NCBI GenBank assembly: GCA_963666985.2
Contig: CAXXIA010000002.1
Span: 1,792,001-1,856,000 of the forward strand
Direction: 5' to 3'
DNA: 64,000 nucleotides
Source of the DNA: Spirochaetia bacterium
GTDB lineage: Bacteria; Spirochaetota; Spirochaetia; DSM-2461
In this document: positions 30,808-41,700 of the stretch, piece after piece
How the letters are laid out: each line of letters begins with the position of its first letter
How positions within the stretch are numbered: position 1 is the stretch's first letter
Translations under genes and position numbers: made by a program
The notes under the pieces: model-generated
Databases searched by the model: none
What the model saw: only the letters and a program-made list of their open reading frames with translations
Told to the model about the DNA's origin: nothing

Positions 30808-33800
30808 TTGTCTAAAGTCAATCAAATAGAAAAGGCTATTAGAGAACTTGAGGGCGGCAAATTTCAGAAACTATGTGACTCTTTCATTACTGTTAAAGAA
30901 AATGTTGAAATAACAAGTGTTGGTAGCCACGTAGGGACTTATAAAACGGTTAAAGGTACTCCAGACTCATATTATACAAAAGAAAACGGTCAGTTTGTTT
31001 TCATTGAATATACAACAACACAAAAAAAAGATTTACTTGAAAAAATACTTGATGATATAAAAAAGTGTTTTGATATAAGCAAGACAGAAATTCCAAAAGA
31101 ACAAATCGATAGAATTATATATTGCCATATAGATAAACTTGAGGCTGCGGAAAAAAGAAAGGTAATAAAGCTTTGCCAAGAAAATGGTTGTGATTTTGTA
31201 AATTATGATGTTAGTTCTCTTTCTTTTGAGTTGGCTCATTCCTATCCGCAAGTTGCAAATGATGTATTAGGCATTTCGACAGATACTCAACAGGTCCTCA
31301 TACCAGAAAAGTTTATTGAAGAAAAATCAAGGACTATAACTCTCAAGAATAGTTTTTTTCACCGCGAAGATGAAAAGGAACAAATTAAGGCAGCCTTAGA
31401 AATTTATGACTTAATCGTTATTACAGGAGATGCTGGAACTGGAAAAACTAGGATTGCTCTTGAGCTAATATCTGAATATTTAAAAGAATATCCAAATTAT
31501 TTTTGTTGTTGTATTGAAAATAGATATGCTACTTTAGAAGATGATTTTCTAAATTTATATAATTCTCATGATAATATTCTATTATTACTCGATGACTCCA
31601 ATAGAATTGCACAATTGAGCATGATACTTAGTTTTGTCAATCAAAAGCCGCAAAAGCTGAAACTGATTCTTACAGTTAGAAATTATGCAATAAATACTGT
31701 AATAGAAGCTATACGAGATAAAACATTTAAAACAATAGATATAAAAAAATTCAATAGAGGACAAATCAAAGAATTAATTTCTGATGAAAGTATTGGTGTG
31801 AAAAATCCAGTATTTATTGATAGAATCTGTGATATATCAAAAGGTAATGCACGCCTAGCAATTATGGCTGCTTCTGTTGCTATTGATGAAAATAACTTAT
31901 CATCTTTATCAAACACAATTAATTTTTATGATAAGTTTTTTAAAGACCTAAACAGAATCTTTTTGGATAGAAGTAACGAAAACATTAAAAAGACTTTAGG
32001 AATTGTTGCCTATTTCCATATAATAGATAAAAATTTACCTCCAACTGATCTATACACAAATTTTGAAATTTCAGAAACGGACTTTTGGGATTCTATTTAT
32101 GAACTCTATAATTATGAAATAGTTGACTTATATGAAAATCAAGTTTGTAAAATCAATGATCAAATTATTGCTACTTATTATTTCTATAAAATAGTTTTCG
32201 ACGAGAAATTGTTGAAAGTGGAAAGCTTTTTGTTATATTACTTCCCCAAATATTCAGAAAGAATGAGGGAAGCTATATTTCCTTCAGCTAATACTTTTGA
32301 TTTTCAAAAAATATTAGATGTATTAAAGATCCCAGTTGAATCTCAATGGGATTTTCTACTTAAATCGGATGAATATGAGACCTTATACGAATTTGCAAAT
32401 ACTTTTTACTTTGTAATTCCAAATAAAGTTTTAATCTATATTAATAAGATAATCGACTCAATTGATGGCGATTCAGATAAATTGATTTTTGAAACGAATT
32501 ATCATGGTGTAAATGAAAAGCTATATGAACTTTTAAGAAAATTTGCAAGTTTTAATTCAGATAGCGTGAAAATCTCAATTCAGTTAGCATGTCGATATTT
32601 TTTGAAATGTAATTCCAAAGCTCACGATTTCTACGAGTATTCTGTATATAGTTTTGGGTTTAATCCAAGTATAATCCATTACTCTACAGATATTCAGAAA
32701 ACATTTTTTTATACTCTTTTCGATCAAGCAGAGAAAAATGATCTGCTTAATGATGTAATTGTAGTTATAGCACCACAATTCTTAAAAATGGATCATGAAA
32801 ATTCATATACAGAAGGGATGCAGTATACTATTTCATTCTTTGGGCTACCTTTTAATAGAATGGTTCAAGAATTACATGAAATTATACTTAACTATTTAAG
32901 TAGCTTATCTGTAGATAGATATATAATCTTTCTTGAAAGATATATAAGAAAAATGCGATCAATACATTTAAAAAATACCAAAGAATTGAAGAAAGCATTA
33001 TTATTTGACTCCGACTTTATTCTTGCCTTTGTTGAAAAAACATTCAATTTCGATGACTTAAAGTATAGTATCATTTTTAATAATTACAAAGATTTACTAG
33101 AGCTATATAAAGTCAGTAATAAAGATCTTGATTCTATTGCCGAAAAAGCATCTACAGAATTATATAAAGTGTATTTGACATTGAACATTGATAGAATTGA
33201 ACGTCGGGAACTTCGGTCCGAAGGTAAATCGTATCAAGAAATCGAAGAAATTCATAAAAATGAAATTGCGTCTGCTATAACTAATTATGAGCTTAAAGAT
33301 TTTAAAATTCTGTTTGAATACATTGAGAAAGAAATATTAAGAAATCCTGAGCAAAACAATTACTTTCTTTCATCATCTGCTGTTAAGATTTTAGAGATTC
33401 TAACAAAAAAGAAGAAACTATTTTTTGAGGTCATAGAATTTATTATGACTCAAGAGAATAATCTCAAAATCTCCTTCCATTCTATACCATATATTTTTAT
33501 TAAGGAAAATCCATCTAACCATCTAGAGTTATATAATTTAATTAAAGATAAGCAGTACTACAACAATCATCAATGGATATATAGCTTTTTCTCAGCACTA
33601 CCAGAATCACAAATTTCTGAGTTCTATTATAATGAATTTGAAACTTTTCTAAATAGTATAGTTGTAAACTGGAATATTTTTTTTGATTGTATTATCAAAT
33701 TTGACAATTTTAAAAAGGGATCATTTATAAAGTTTATGACATTACTATATGAAAACAGGTTAACCAATAATATTAGCTTCTCAATAATTCTAAACCCATA

Positions 33801-34548
33801 TTCAGACTATAGAAAAAATATTTTCTCCTTATTTGAAGAAGATGAAAGTTTATTTGAAAGTATATATCTTTATGAAATACAAAGAGATGCATCTGAAGAT
33901 CTTGATGGCTTCTTTATTAAACATTTTCTTATGAAGGATCCCAACTTCATTGTTAAATACTTGGATACCATTTATTCTAAAGATATTCATATTTCAGATT
34001 ATATAAGTCATTCTGATCTATCTAGTGTTTGGGAATTAGATAATTATTATGATATTATGGATATAGCAACTAATTTCATATTATCTAAAGACTCCTTTAT
34101 AATGGATAGTTGCTTTCTTAACGTCTTTTTTGAACCAAAGAATACTAATAATAAAAACATAGAGAATATAAAAAGTAAGCAAATCAATTTCTTAAATATG
34201 TATATAGAATCGAACTATACAAAATTCAAATCTATTAATTTAATATTTAAACCAATCAAAAAGTTCTTTTGGGATATAATGCCTGATTTTGCATTTTCTT
34301 TTTTGGAAAAATCGAACTCTATCGAAGCAATAAAATCAATAAGTTTTAACTATGAGATGTATTCTGGAGGAGATACATTTCTTCCAGTATTCAATAAAAT
34401 GCTTTCTTTTTGGGAAGAATTGCGTTTAAAGCTTGATGATCTTAAGTTTATTGAAATCAGAGAATTTGTCATTGAACAAATTGATAATTGGAGAGAACAA
34501 ATTTCAAGTGAGAAGAAAAAACAATTTATAGGACATTTATATTATTGA
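30808..34548 (+). CDS. PD-(D/E)XK-like nuclease fused to STAND NTPase with long helical C-terminus (Avs-like)
   Basis: FQKLCD, GTPDSY and IEYTT motifs; Walker A GDAGTGKT; LLLDD; LTVR; GNARLA; RBS AAGGAG before TTG 30808 (track start 30772). Confidence 0.8.
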   Translation: MSKVNQIEKAIRELEGGKFQKLCDSFITVKENVEITSVGSHVGTYKTVKGTPDSYYTKENGQFVFIEYTTTQKKDLLEKILDDIKKCFDISKTEIPKEQIDRIIYCHIDKLEAAEKRKVIKLCQENGCDFVNYDVSSLSFELAHSYPQVANDVLGISTDTQQVLIPEKFIEEKSRTITLKNSFFHREDEKEQIKAALEIYDLIVITGDAGTGKTRIALELISEYLKEYPNYFCCCIENRYATLEDDFLNLYNSHDNILLLLDDSNRIAQLSMILSFVNQKPQKLKLILTVRNYAINTVIEAIRDKTFKTIDIKKFNRGQIKELISDESIGVKNPVFIDRICDISKGNARLAIMAASVAIDENNLSSLSNTINFYDKFFKDLNRIFLDRSNENIKKTLGIVAYFHIIDKNLPPTDLYTNFEISETDFWDSIYELYNYEIVDLYENQVCKINDQIIATYYFYKIVFDEKLLKVESFLLYYFPKYSERMREAIFPSANTFDFQKILDVLKIPVESQWDFLLKSDEYETLYEFANTFYFVIPNKVLIYINKIIDSIDGDSDKLIFETNYHGVNEKLYELLRKFASFNSDSVKISIQLACRYFLKCNSKAHDFYEYSVYSFGFNPSIIHYSTDIQKTFFYTLFDQAEKNDLLNDVIVVIAPQFLKMDHENSYTEGMQYTISFFGLPFNRMVQELHEIILNYLSSLSVDRYIIFLERYIRKMRSIHLKNTKELKKALLFDSDFILAFVEKTFNFDDLKYSIIFNNYKDLLELYKVSNKDLDSIAEKASTELYKVYLTLNIDRIERRELRSEGKSYQEIEEIHKNEIASAITNYELKDFKILFEYIEKEILRNPEQNNYFLSSSAVKILEILTKKKKLFFEVIEFIMTQENNLKISFHSIPYIFIKENPSNHLELYNLIKDKQYYNNHQWIYSFFSALPESQISEFYYNEFETFLNSIVVNWNIFFDCIIKFDNFKKGSFIKFMTLLYENRLTNNISFSIILNPYSDYRKNIFSLFEEDESLFESIYLYEIQRDASEDLDGFFIKHFLMKDPNFIVKYLDTIYSKDIHISDYISHSDLSSVWELDNYYDIMDIATNFILSKDSFIMDSCFLNVFFEPKNTNNKNIENIKSKQINFLNMYIESNYTKFKSINLIFKPIKKFFWDIMPDFAFSFLEKSNSIEAIKSISFNYEMYSGGDTFLPVFNKMLSFWEELRLKLDDLKFIEIREFVIEQIDNWREQISSEKKKQFIGHLYY

Positions 34549-34719
34549 AAAGGTGGGTGTAAATGAAAAACTGCCGTAGAACTAACAAATGAAACTGACA
34601 AAAAATGCAGCTAATGCGGGCTTCAAATCAATTAAAAACGGATATAAAAAGAGAATCAAAGTTTTCAAGCTCGCCATCCGTGGCTCACTTGAAAAGAAAA
34701 AAAGGGGCAGGGCAATTGC

Positions 34720-34929
34720 ACTTAACAGCTGTTGATGCGCTCCGGCGGTAACGAGGTTACCGCCTCCGGGGCTTCGCCCAAATTTCGCTTTGGCGATGGT
34801 TCTTGCGGATGCGTTCCTGCAAGTTGTGTGATAGGCTCAAATACGAACAGGCTTTCTGCTGAAGTGCAAGAACGCATGCCAACCGGCTACGCCGGACGCG
34901 AAACTTCGCATACCAGCGGAACGTTTTAC
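34720..34929 (+). repeat. attC site 19
   Basis: Conserved attC arms. Confidence 0.9.
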
Positions 34930-35027
34930 GAAAAAATCCAAAGGCAATTTACCGTGGCGGCGTCCGTGCCGCCACGAATAGTTTGATGTAATTAAAAAAG
35001 AATTATTTAAAGTTAAGAGAATTCGAA

Positions 35028-35089
35028 AAATAACGCCCGCATAACCTGTTTTTGCGAAGCAAAAAATCTGGTTCATGCGTTTGTTATAC
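35028..35089 (-). repeat. Short classical attC (62 bp) on the minus strand, nested in a cassette
   Basis: Minus strand: GTATAAC AAACG CATGAACC ... GGTTATG CGGGC GTTATTT; begins 11 bp after the pAgo stop. Confidence 0.8.
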
Positions 35090-35100
35090 AGCACTTTTTC

Positions 35101-38100
35101 CTACATGAAATATCGAAAATCATATGCTTGATCATATATTGCTTCTTCCTGTTTTGCCATTCTGGAAAGGACTTTTGCAAAATCAAGTGTTACTGGCAAA
35201 GTTTTATATAAACTATCCCCGCTATTCCAGTTCATCTTGGATAGCATTAGGATCTCTTTTGCAAGAATATCACCAGATGCTTTACCATAGAATCTCTGTA
35301 TGATAAGGGGAACAGGTATTCCTCTTCCGCCTTTGTAATAATTTAATCTGCCTTTTAATTCATCTTGAATTACACATCCATGTGTCCATAAGAGGAAAGT
35401 GTCTGAAGTTAACGAAATCACCGTCCCTCTTTTAATTGCGAAATTTTCAGGGCCACTTTTGATATTGTTATTAAATCGGATTGCTCGCCACGAACAATAC
35501 TCTTGGATTTGAAGTAATTCTATATCATCGATTCCCTCTAAAGCCTGTGTAAATCCAGTAATTTCTTCACGAGTAAAAGGTGTTGTTTTATGAACAACAA
35601 TACGGTTTAGTTTGGCTGTTGGATCACATTTATAATATTGTTCCCGAAGAGAGCTCATCATGGCACGTGCTTCATCTTTCTTCATGAAAGGGTTTTTCCC
35701 AAAATAGCCCGGATCATCTATTTTTCGTAATAATAAACGTATTCCAGTACCTGTAGAGTCAAAAAGTTGACTACAGCCAATACAAATTCCTTTTGATTTT
35801 GATTGAGCATAACTAACACCAACAAACGCCGTTGAATCATTAAGGGTAACAGGTTGCCAAAGAGAACCGGAAGCTTTTGCATATAAACTTGTGGACAATC
35901 CCCAGCGGACTTTGCATGGGTCATAATATTTTATAGATTTATCCTCAATAAACTGAAGCTTTACAGATTTATCTGTTGCATATAATTTTAATGCGTCATG
36001 CAAATTGAAATCATCGTTAGGATCATCACTTTCACGAAATCCAGAAAAGATTGACGGTATATAAATGACAGCAATATCGAAGTTATGACAAGTTGATATT
36101 TTATCAATAAATGATTTCATCAGATCTAAGAAAGCAGCTATATTCAAGATTTTTGCTTTATCTTGATCGTATGTAATAACATAAGAGGTATCGTCTTCCG
36201 AAGGAATTAATATCCCTCGTTTATATACCTGTTCAAAGCCATTGAATAATTGCAGAAACCCATCTTTCTGATTCTTGGGAGAGTGCTTTTGATTGAGAGA
36301 ATTTAGGTGAGATAGTATTTTAGTAATTTGCTGTTTCGGTGAAATAATCAAAAGTTTAATGGAATCTCGTATTAATTTATCCTTTGAGTATGAGTAATCA
36401 ATTGGTCCAAATTTATTGATTCCGAGAAGTTGATTAATGGCTGTGTGTGTCTTATCTTTTACATCGAAAAGCATTTGTGGTTCATCAAATTGATATGCAT
36501 TCAACGATGGCCATTCAGGTTTTCTGTTTATTCCACCACAACTCATGAAAACACTAATAAAGTTTAGTGTAGATCTATTATAACTGAATGAAATAGTTTG
36601 CTCATTATTCTTTTTTAACTTCTTATTCCAGTATTTTAATTTTTCATCATACTGTTTGTTGTATATGCCAGACATTATTTTATTTATAATTTGTTGCTTT
36701 GTAAGTTTATCAACATCAGTTCCGTTAATATGTTGAAGAAAAACAGTTGGCACAATAGAAAGGTAATAATTTCCATTGTAGACTGATAAAGCAATTTCGA
36801 ATCCATCATTTACGTTGTAATTATTTTCATATACATCTTTTTTACTTGGATCATAATATTTATTTTTTCCAAAAGAGATTAATCCTAATTTATTTACAAG
36901 GTGAGTCTTTATTAGCTCATAAAGCATGCCTGTATAAATAGAATCATGTTTATATAATATTTTGTTTGGAATTACTTCTTCACTTATTTCGGATAAAATA
37001 TGCTTCTTGAATACATCTTGAATCCTTTCTTCAATACCGAAACAATAGATTCTGCTCGAAAAAAGGGCAGCGATTATATCATTCTCACCAATAACTTCTT
37101 TTAATTCCTTCCATGAAGTGATATCGGTATCAAAGACTTTGCACTGTGGAAGGCCCGTAGATAAAAATGTATTTGTTTTTATAAAAGAATCTATTTGCTG
37201 ATTGGAGAATGACAAAGGCATCTTTCTCTTAGGAAAATCTATCCAACGATCTTCTATTTGTGCATTAGGTTTATCCTGCATCTTATAGCATTGATACATA
37301 AACTCATCAAACCCAGGTATTTCAACGACACAAGATGATTCGGAGATTGTGCATGCGCTCTCCATTAAAGTAGAAACTCTATCTGATAGATCACTCCCTA
37401 TTGGAATCATCCATACAAGACCATATTTTAGGAAATCCTCTTCACCAATATGTTCTTCAATGACTTTCATAATTGATTCGTCACAACCGGAATAACCAAT
37501 AAAAACAAGACCTGTTCCATATAAACGGCTTTTAAATTGCATTTGCATAGAATTTTCAAGATCTTTCAGCTCAGTAGAAGTGTTTTTTATTTTGTCATAT
37601 CTATAATCCCCATGTAATTTAAAAATAGAAGGAAACGATCTATCAACACAATTTTGAATCCCGTCTTTATTTGCCGAACTAAAAACAGTAAAGCTATGTT
37701 CAGGGCGAATTGTTTTTATTCCGGATTCTATTAATTCATCAAAATTCGTTGTCCAAATGTTCTGTATCTTTTTACCTATAAACAGTTCGGCCAAGCATAA
37801 ATGACCTAATGACGGTGCGATATCTCTGACTTTATATTGTACAAATTGTTCCCTTGCTACGCTAGTTGTATGGCATAATTCAAAGTAGTGGGAATATTCA
37901 TTTGATTCATAAAGTGAGGGGTGTCTGCCTTGTGAATCAAAATATTTCTGCAATTTCAGCTGTGCTGTTTTTGATTGTAGGTCTCTGAATTCTTCTTTTG
38001 AAGTACCAGTTTCAGTACAATAAATATTTCGTTTGAATTCCCAGGTTAATCCACCACCTGTTGGTATTCCTGCTTGAGCTGATGAGCCTGAACCAAGAAA

Positions 38101-38172
38101 GATATCTATACACCCATCATTCATAACGTTGAAATTGCGTAAAAATGTAGGCATATCATTCTTTCTTATCAT
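35101..38172 (-). CDS. SIR2-APAZ-short prokaryotic Argonaute fusion (fused SPARSA type)
   Basis: SIR2 motifs GSGSS..AGIPTG, TTNFD, KLHGD and FIGYSG; C-terminal MID-PIWI (LYAKA, VVHKT, RGT, LSKMNWN, LPVTL); first catalytic Asp replaced (FVGVSY). Confidence 0.9.
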   Translation of the reverse strand: MIRKNDMPTFLRNFNVMNDGCIDIFLGSGSSAQAGIPTGGGLTWEFKRNIYCTETGTSKEEFRDLQSKTAQLKLQKYFDSQGRHPSLYESNEYSHYFELCHTTSVAREQFVQYKVRDIAPSLGHLCLAELFIGKKIQNIWTTNFDELIESGIKTIRPEHSFTVFSSANKDGIQNCVDRSFPSIFKLHGDYRYDKIKNTSTELKDLENSMQMQFKSRLYGTGLVFIGYSGCDESIMKVIEEHIGEEDFLKYGLVWMIPIGSDLSDRVSTLMESACTISESSCVVEIPGFDEFMYQCYKMQDKPNAQIEDRWIDFPKRKMPLSFSNQQIDSFIKTNTFLSTGLPQCKVFDTDITSWKELKEVIGENDIIAALFSSRIYCFGIEERIQDVFKKHILSEISEEVIPNKILYKHDSIYTGMLYELIKTHLVNKLGLISFGKNKYYDPSKKDVYENNYNVNDGFEIALSVYNGNYYLSIVPTVFLQHINGTDVDKLTKQQIINKIMSGIYNKQYDEKLKYWNKKLKKNNEQTISFSYNRSTLNFISVFMSCGGINRKPEWPSLNAYQFDEPQMLFDVKDKTHTAINQLLGINKFGPIDYSYSKDKLIRDSIKLLIISPKQQITKILSHLNSLNQKHSPKNQKDGFLQLFNGFEQVYKRGILIPSEDDTSYVITYDQDKAKILNIAAFLDLMKSFIDKISTCHNFDIAVIYIPSIFSGFRESDDPNDDFNLHDALKLYATDKSVKLQFIEDKSIKYYDPCKVRWGLSTSLYAKASGSLWQPVTLNDSTAFVGVSYAQSKSKGICIGCSQLFDSTGTGIRLLLRKIDDPGYFGKNPFMKKDEARAMMSSLREQYYKCDPTAKLNRIVVHKTTPFTREEITGFTQALEGIDDIELLQIQEYCSWRAIRFNNNIKSGPENFAIKRGTVISLTSDTFLLWTHGCVIQDELKGRLNYYKGGRGIPVPLIIQRFYGKASGDILAKEILMLSKMNWNSGDSLYKTLPVTLDFAKVLSRMAKQEEAIYDQAYDFRYFM

Positions 38173-38189
38173 ATAACAACCCTCTATCC

Positions 38190-38669
38190 TTATAACTCCA
38201 TCAAATCATTCCAATTATTCCGTAGGTACAATTCAATTCCTCTTCCAGGAGCATATTGCGGGTATTTTTCGAGAAAACTGTTCTTGGCATTTATATAACT
38301 GGTATTTGAAATTTCATTTTTTCTTGCAAGATAAACAAGACCGATTGAAGGAGATCGTGAAAAACCTTGATTGCAGTGGATAAGAATCGGTTTCACTGAT
38401 AAGTATTTCTCAATAAAATCAAAGGATGATTTCATAATTGGATGAGTAAATTTAGGAAGAAACTCTCTTTCCATATCTACCATATTTAGATAAAGATGAT
38501 CGGTTGTCACAAAAACAAGATAGTTTGGATGCGTCGAAGACAAATTCCCTCTATAACCAACACCTTTCTGATGACATGTTTTACAAGCATGTATTATTGC
38601 GATATCTGAACGGTTATTTAAACAATCTGAATCATCACCAATATAAATATTGTAATTAATTTTGGTCAT
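38190..38669 (-). CDS. Dual-specificity/tyrosine-phosphatase-like protein
   Basis: HCNQGFSRS (HCxxGxxRS); ends 17 bp upstream of the pAgo start; ATG 38669 preferred over track start 38687. Confidence 0.82.
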   Translation of the reverse strand: MTKINYNIYIGDDSDCLNNRSDIAIIHACKTCHQKGVGYRGNLSSTHPNYLVFVTTDHLYLNMVDMEREFLPKFTHPIMKSSFDFIEKYLSVKPILIHCNQGFSRSPSIGLVYLARKNEISNTSYINAKNSFLEKYPQYAPGRGIELYLRNNWNDLMEL

Positions 38670-38939
38670 ACTCCATCCTTTATTCAATAAACTTATATCT
38701 CTTTCTTTTCCCTCTGAATGAATTTTTCAAAGATTCTGTCCGTATGACATTATATATTATGTACTTTGTCGATAATTCGTAAAATCTGTATAAAATTGTG
38801 CAAAAATGTCATATAAGGAGAATATCAAGTATAAATTATGTAGTAAACTGTTAAGTGAATTAGAGTTCATACTAAGTCCATCAGAATCACGTCCTGTGAT
38901 TCTGATGCATTTTTTATTGGCTCTTGGCTGGATTTCATC

Positions 38940-39076
38940 GTAAAACAGATGTTATGAGGTTCCGGCTGGCTATCGCCAACCTTCACCCAAATTGGCTTTT
39001 GTCATGTTGTTTGCGAGGCAAACAACACGCCAACCCTCCGGGTCAGCCAACTTCTCATAACATCGGGCCGTTAAAT
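38940..39076 (+). repeat. attC site 20 (short divergent variant, 137 bp)
   Basis: AAC AGATG TTATGAG...CTCATAA CATCGGGCC GTT. Confidence 0.8.
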
Positions 39077-39205
39077 GACAAAACAAAAATTTAATTCCCC
39101 GCTGCACCGTCCTGGTGCAGCGATTCGAAAGCAAAGAATTAATATCAAATTATTGAGGCCACACGGTTTATCCTAATCGCTTTTGGTTTTTCTAAAGCAG
39201 ATTTC

Positions 39206-39234
39206 TTGTCAATACTATCAAAATGTAGTATTAT
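39206..39234 (+). promoter_or_regulatory. TA promoter/operator
   Basis: TTGTCA-17-TATTAT; AATACTA..TAGTATT inverted repeat. Confidence 0.6.
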
Positions 39235-39246
39235 ATATGATACCAA

Positions 39247-39669
39247 ATGATTAAAACGATTGTTTTAGATACGAATGTACTTCTCTCTGGTTTGAAATCA
39301 AATCGGGGATACTCGTATAAGCTTCTTGAACAATTACCAACGAGAAGATTTGAAGTCTGTATTTCGGTTCCGTTGATTTTTGAATATGAATCGGTACTTC
39401 TCAATCATCGTAAGACAATTGGGATGACTGAAAGCGATATCAAGTCTGTCATTGATTATTTGTGCCTGATCGGTCGAAAGACGAGTATCTACTATCTTTG
39501 GCGTCCATTTCTCAAGGATCCGTTTGACGACCATGTTTTAGAAGTGGCTGTAAACTCGAAAAGTCAGCATATCGTCACTCATAACACGAAAGATTTTCAG
39601 AATGTTGAACAGTTTGGAATCAGCGTTCTGACACCGAAAGAGTTTCTGGAAAAGGAGAAGATCAAATGA
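39247..39669 (+). CDS. PIN-family TA toxin
   Basis: VLDTNV, EY, DPFDD..LE and THNTKDF motifs. Confidence 0.9.
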   Translation: MIKTIVLDTNVLLSGLKSNRGYSYKLLEQLPTRRFEVCISVPLIFEYESVLLNHRKTIGMTESDIKSVIDYLCLIGRKTSIYYLWRPFLKDPFDDHVLEVAVNSKSQHIVTHNTKDFQNVEQFGISVLTPKEFLEKEKIK

Positions 39670-39899
39670 GTTCATTGAGTGTTCGTCTTCCTGAGTCCCT
39701 TCATAATAGTCTTCGCGAAATTTCAAAGAAGGATCATGTGTCTATAAATCAATTCATCTCAAGCGCAGTTGCAGAGAAGATAACGGCTCTTGAGACAGAG
39801 AAGTATCTTGAGACTCGAGCGAAATCTGGCTCTGTGGATGCTTTCAAGGCTGTTTTGTCTAAGGTTCGAGATATTGAGCCTGATGAAGGTGATAGCTAG
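39666..39899 (+). CDS. RHH (HicB-like) antitoxin
   Basis: LSVRLPESLH...VSINQFI..AVAEK. Confidence 0.88.
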   Translation: MSSLSVRLPESLHNSLREISKKDHVSINQFISSAVAEKITALETEKYLETRAKSGSVDAFKAVLSKVRDIEPDEGDS

Positions 39900-39969
39900 G
39901 GATAGGAAAGCACTTGAAGAACATCGTGTTCTCCAAGTGAATGGCAAGGTTCAAGTTCTTTATTTCGTC

Positions 39970-40180
39970 ATTTAACAGCTGTTGATGCGCTCCGGCGTCA
40001 ACTGGCGTTGCCGCCTCCGGGCCTACGGCCAAATTTCGCTTTGGCGATGGTTCTTGCAGATGCGTTCCTGAAAGTGGTGTGATAAGCTGACGAGTGAACA
40101 GGCTTTCTGTTGAAGTGCAAGAACGCATGCCAACCGGCTTCGCCGGACACGAAACTTCGCATACCAGCGGGCCGTTTGAT
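39970..40180 (+). repeat. attC site 21
   Basis: Conserved attC arms. Confidence 0.9.
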
Positions 40181-40417
40181 GACAGAATTAATTTAGGAAA
40201 GAGTTTTTCTCATTTTTTAAAAGAAGAGGAGGCAATTTCTCTCACAAATATCAATTTAAATTCGTGAAAAGCTCTGAAAGTTTTTTGAGAAAAATCAAAG
40301 TGCTCCAGTTGTCAAGGTTGATTTTCCTGATATGAGTCTTGTTCAGTTGAATAAGAACAAGAGAGCCTTTTCACGGTGTTTGATCTTTATGGGCTTTGCT
40401 TAATTCCGTCATCAAAC
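40174..40417. repeat. ORF-less cassette family A, copy 3
   Basis: Highly similar to 5751-5993. Confidence 0.9.
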
Positions 40418-40679
40418 AGCTGTTGATACGCTCCGGCCGCTAAATCTCTTTAGCGGCCTTCGGGCCGAGAAGAGGGTTTAGTTTTAGTGTTATGACATTT
40501 GCTAAGAGGAAATGAGATTGAAACGGCTCGGCCAAATTTCGCTTTGGCTGCTTTTGTAGAGATGTTTTGGTTCGTAATCTGTGGTAATGTTAAAAGCGAG
40601 CGGAGGTTTTGGTAATTCCGTGGGGCAGCCAACCGGCTACGCCGGACGCGAAACTTCGTATAACAGCGGAACGTTTGAT
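40411..40679 (+). repeat. attC site 22 (long variant)
   Basis: Same variant as site 4. Confidence 0.9.
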
Positions 40680-40701
40680 GAACAACACAAAAGGGAATTA
40701 C

Positions 40702-41679
40702 ATGAGAAATATTGCTATCTTAGTCTTCGGTCTTTTAGTTTTTTTTAGTTGCACTACAACTGATTTGGGGAATATATCTAGTCGTAATGAGCAAAGTATA
40801 ACACAAGAAGAAGCAACTGAAATAAATGTTGGTACATATTCTCCTTGTGAAGACTTCTTGATGAAAAATAGAATAGAGGGCTTAAGGATAGATAAAATTG
40901 AACGAGAAATTAACTATAATGGTAGAATTGATAATATTGATATCACATACAACTACAATTCAAATGGTAGAATTGAATCGATCTTTCGTCTGAATACATC
41001 TGGCGAATTGAGTTATTCAGTGAATGCTAATCTTTATTATTATTCCAACACAGATGAATTGGTTGGTTGGACAACTTTTAATATACTTGATGTTGATGAA
41101 AGAAATATAAATTTTGATAGCATATCAGATGAAGAATTACCGGTAAATCTTCAATACATTATTACGGCTATAATAGATAGTAATTCAAGTGATGTAATTT
41201 ACAATTTTAGCAAACTTAATGAGAATCATAACTGGACTAGACCAATTAATAAAAATCAATTTTATCAACTAGACTATCATGTTTATTCAATTGAAGAAAA
41301 TCAGAATGCTATCGAAGAAACAACGTTCTTGTTTAGAGACAATATTTACTCATATTCAATTCCAGTTCTTGCAGGAGAGAATAATTATGTTCCAGCAGAA
41401 ATAGTAGAAATAAATTCTACAAGCAATTCTGAGCAAATAGTCAATATACTTATAGGAGAGCAGTCCTACAACATTGAAAGATTAAGAAATAACGAAAATG
41501 AATTTGTATCAACTTGTAGAAATAGTAAAAACGAAGTTGTAATGATAAGAATAAATGATTTTTTTGAAGAACAAAATATTCAAACAATTCGAACAGAGAC
41601 AGCAGATGGAGTTTTTTCTATTACAGATACAATATTCTGGGACGAAGTTGATTCAAACTACTCGTTCTTTCCCTTCTAG
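40702..41679 (+). CDS. Putative lipoprotein
   Basis: MRNIAILVFGLLVFFS-C spirochaete-type lipobox. Confidence 0.75.
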   Translation: MRNIAILVFGLLVFFSCTTTDLGNISSRNEQSITQEEATEINVGTYSPCEDFLMKNRIEGLRIDKIEREINYNGRIDNIDITYNYNSNGRIESIFRLNTSGELSYSVNANLYYYSNTDELVGWTTFNILDVDERNINFDSISDEELPVNLQYIITAIIDSNSSDVIYNFSKLNENHNWTRPINKNQFYQLDYHVYSIEENQNAIEETTFLFRDNIYSYSIPVLAGENNYVPAEIVEINSTSNSEQIVNILIGEQSYNIERLRNNENEFVSTCRNSKNEVVMIRINDFFEEQNIQTIRTETADGVFSITDTIFWDEVDSNYSFFPF

Positions 41680-41700
41680 CAATATAATTGAATGTTGTTC

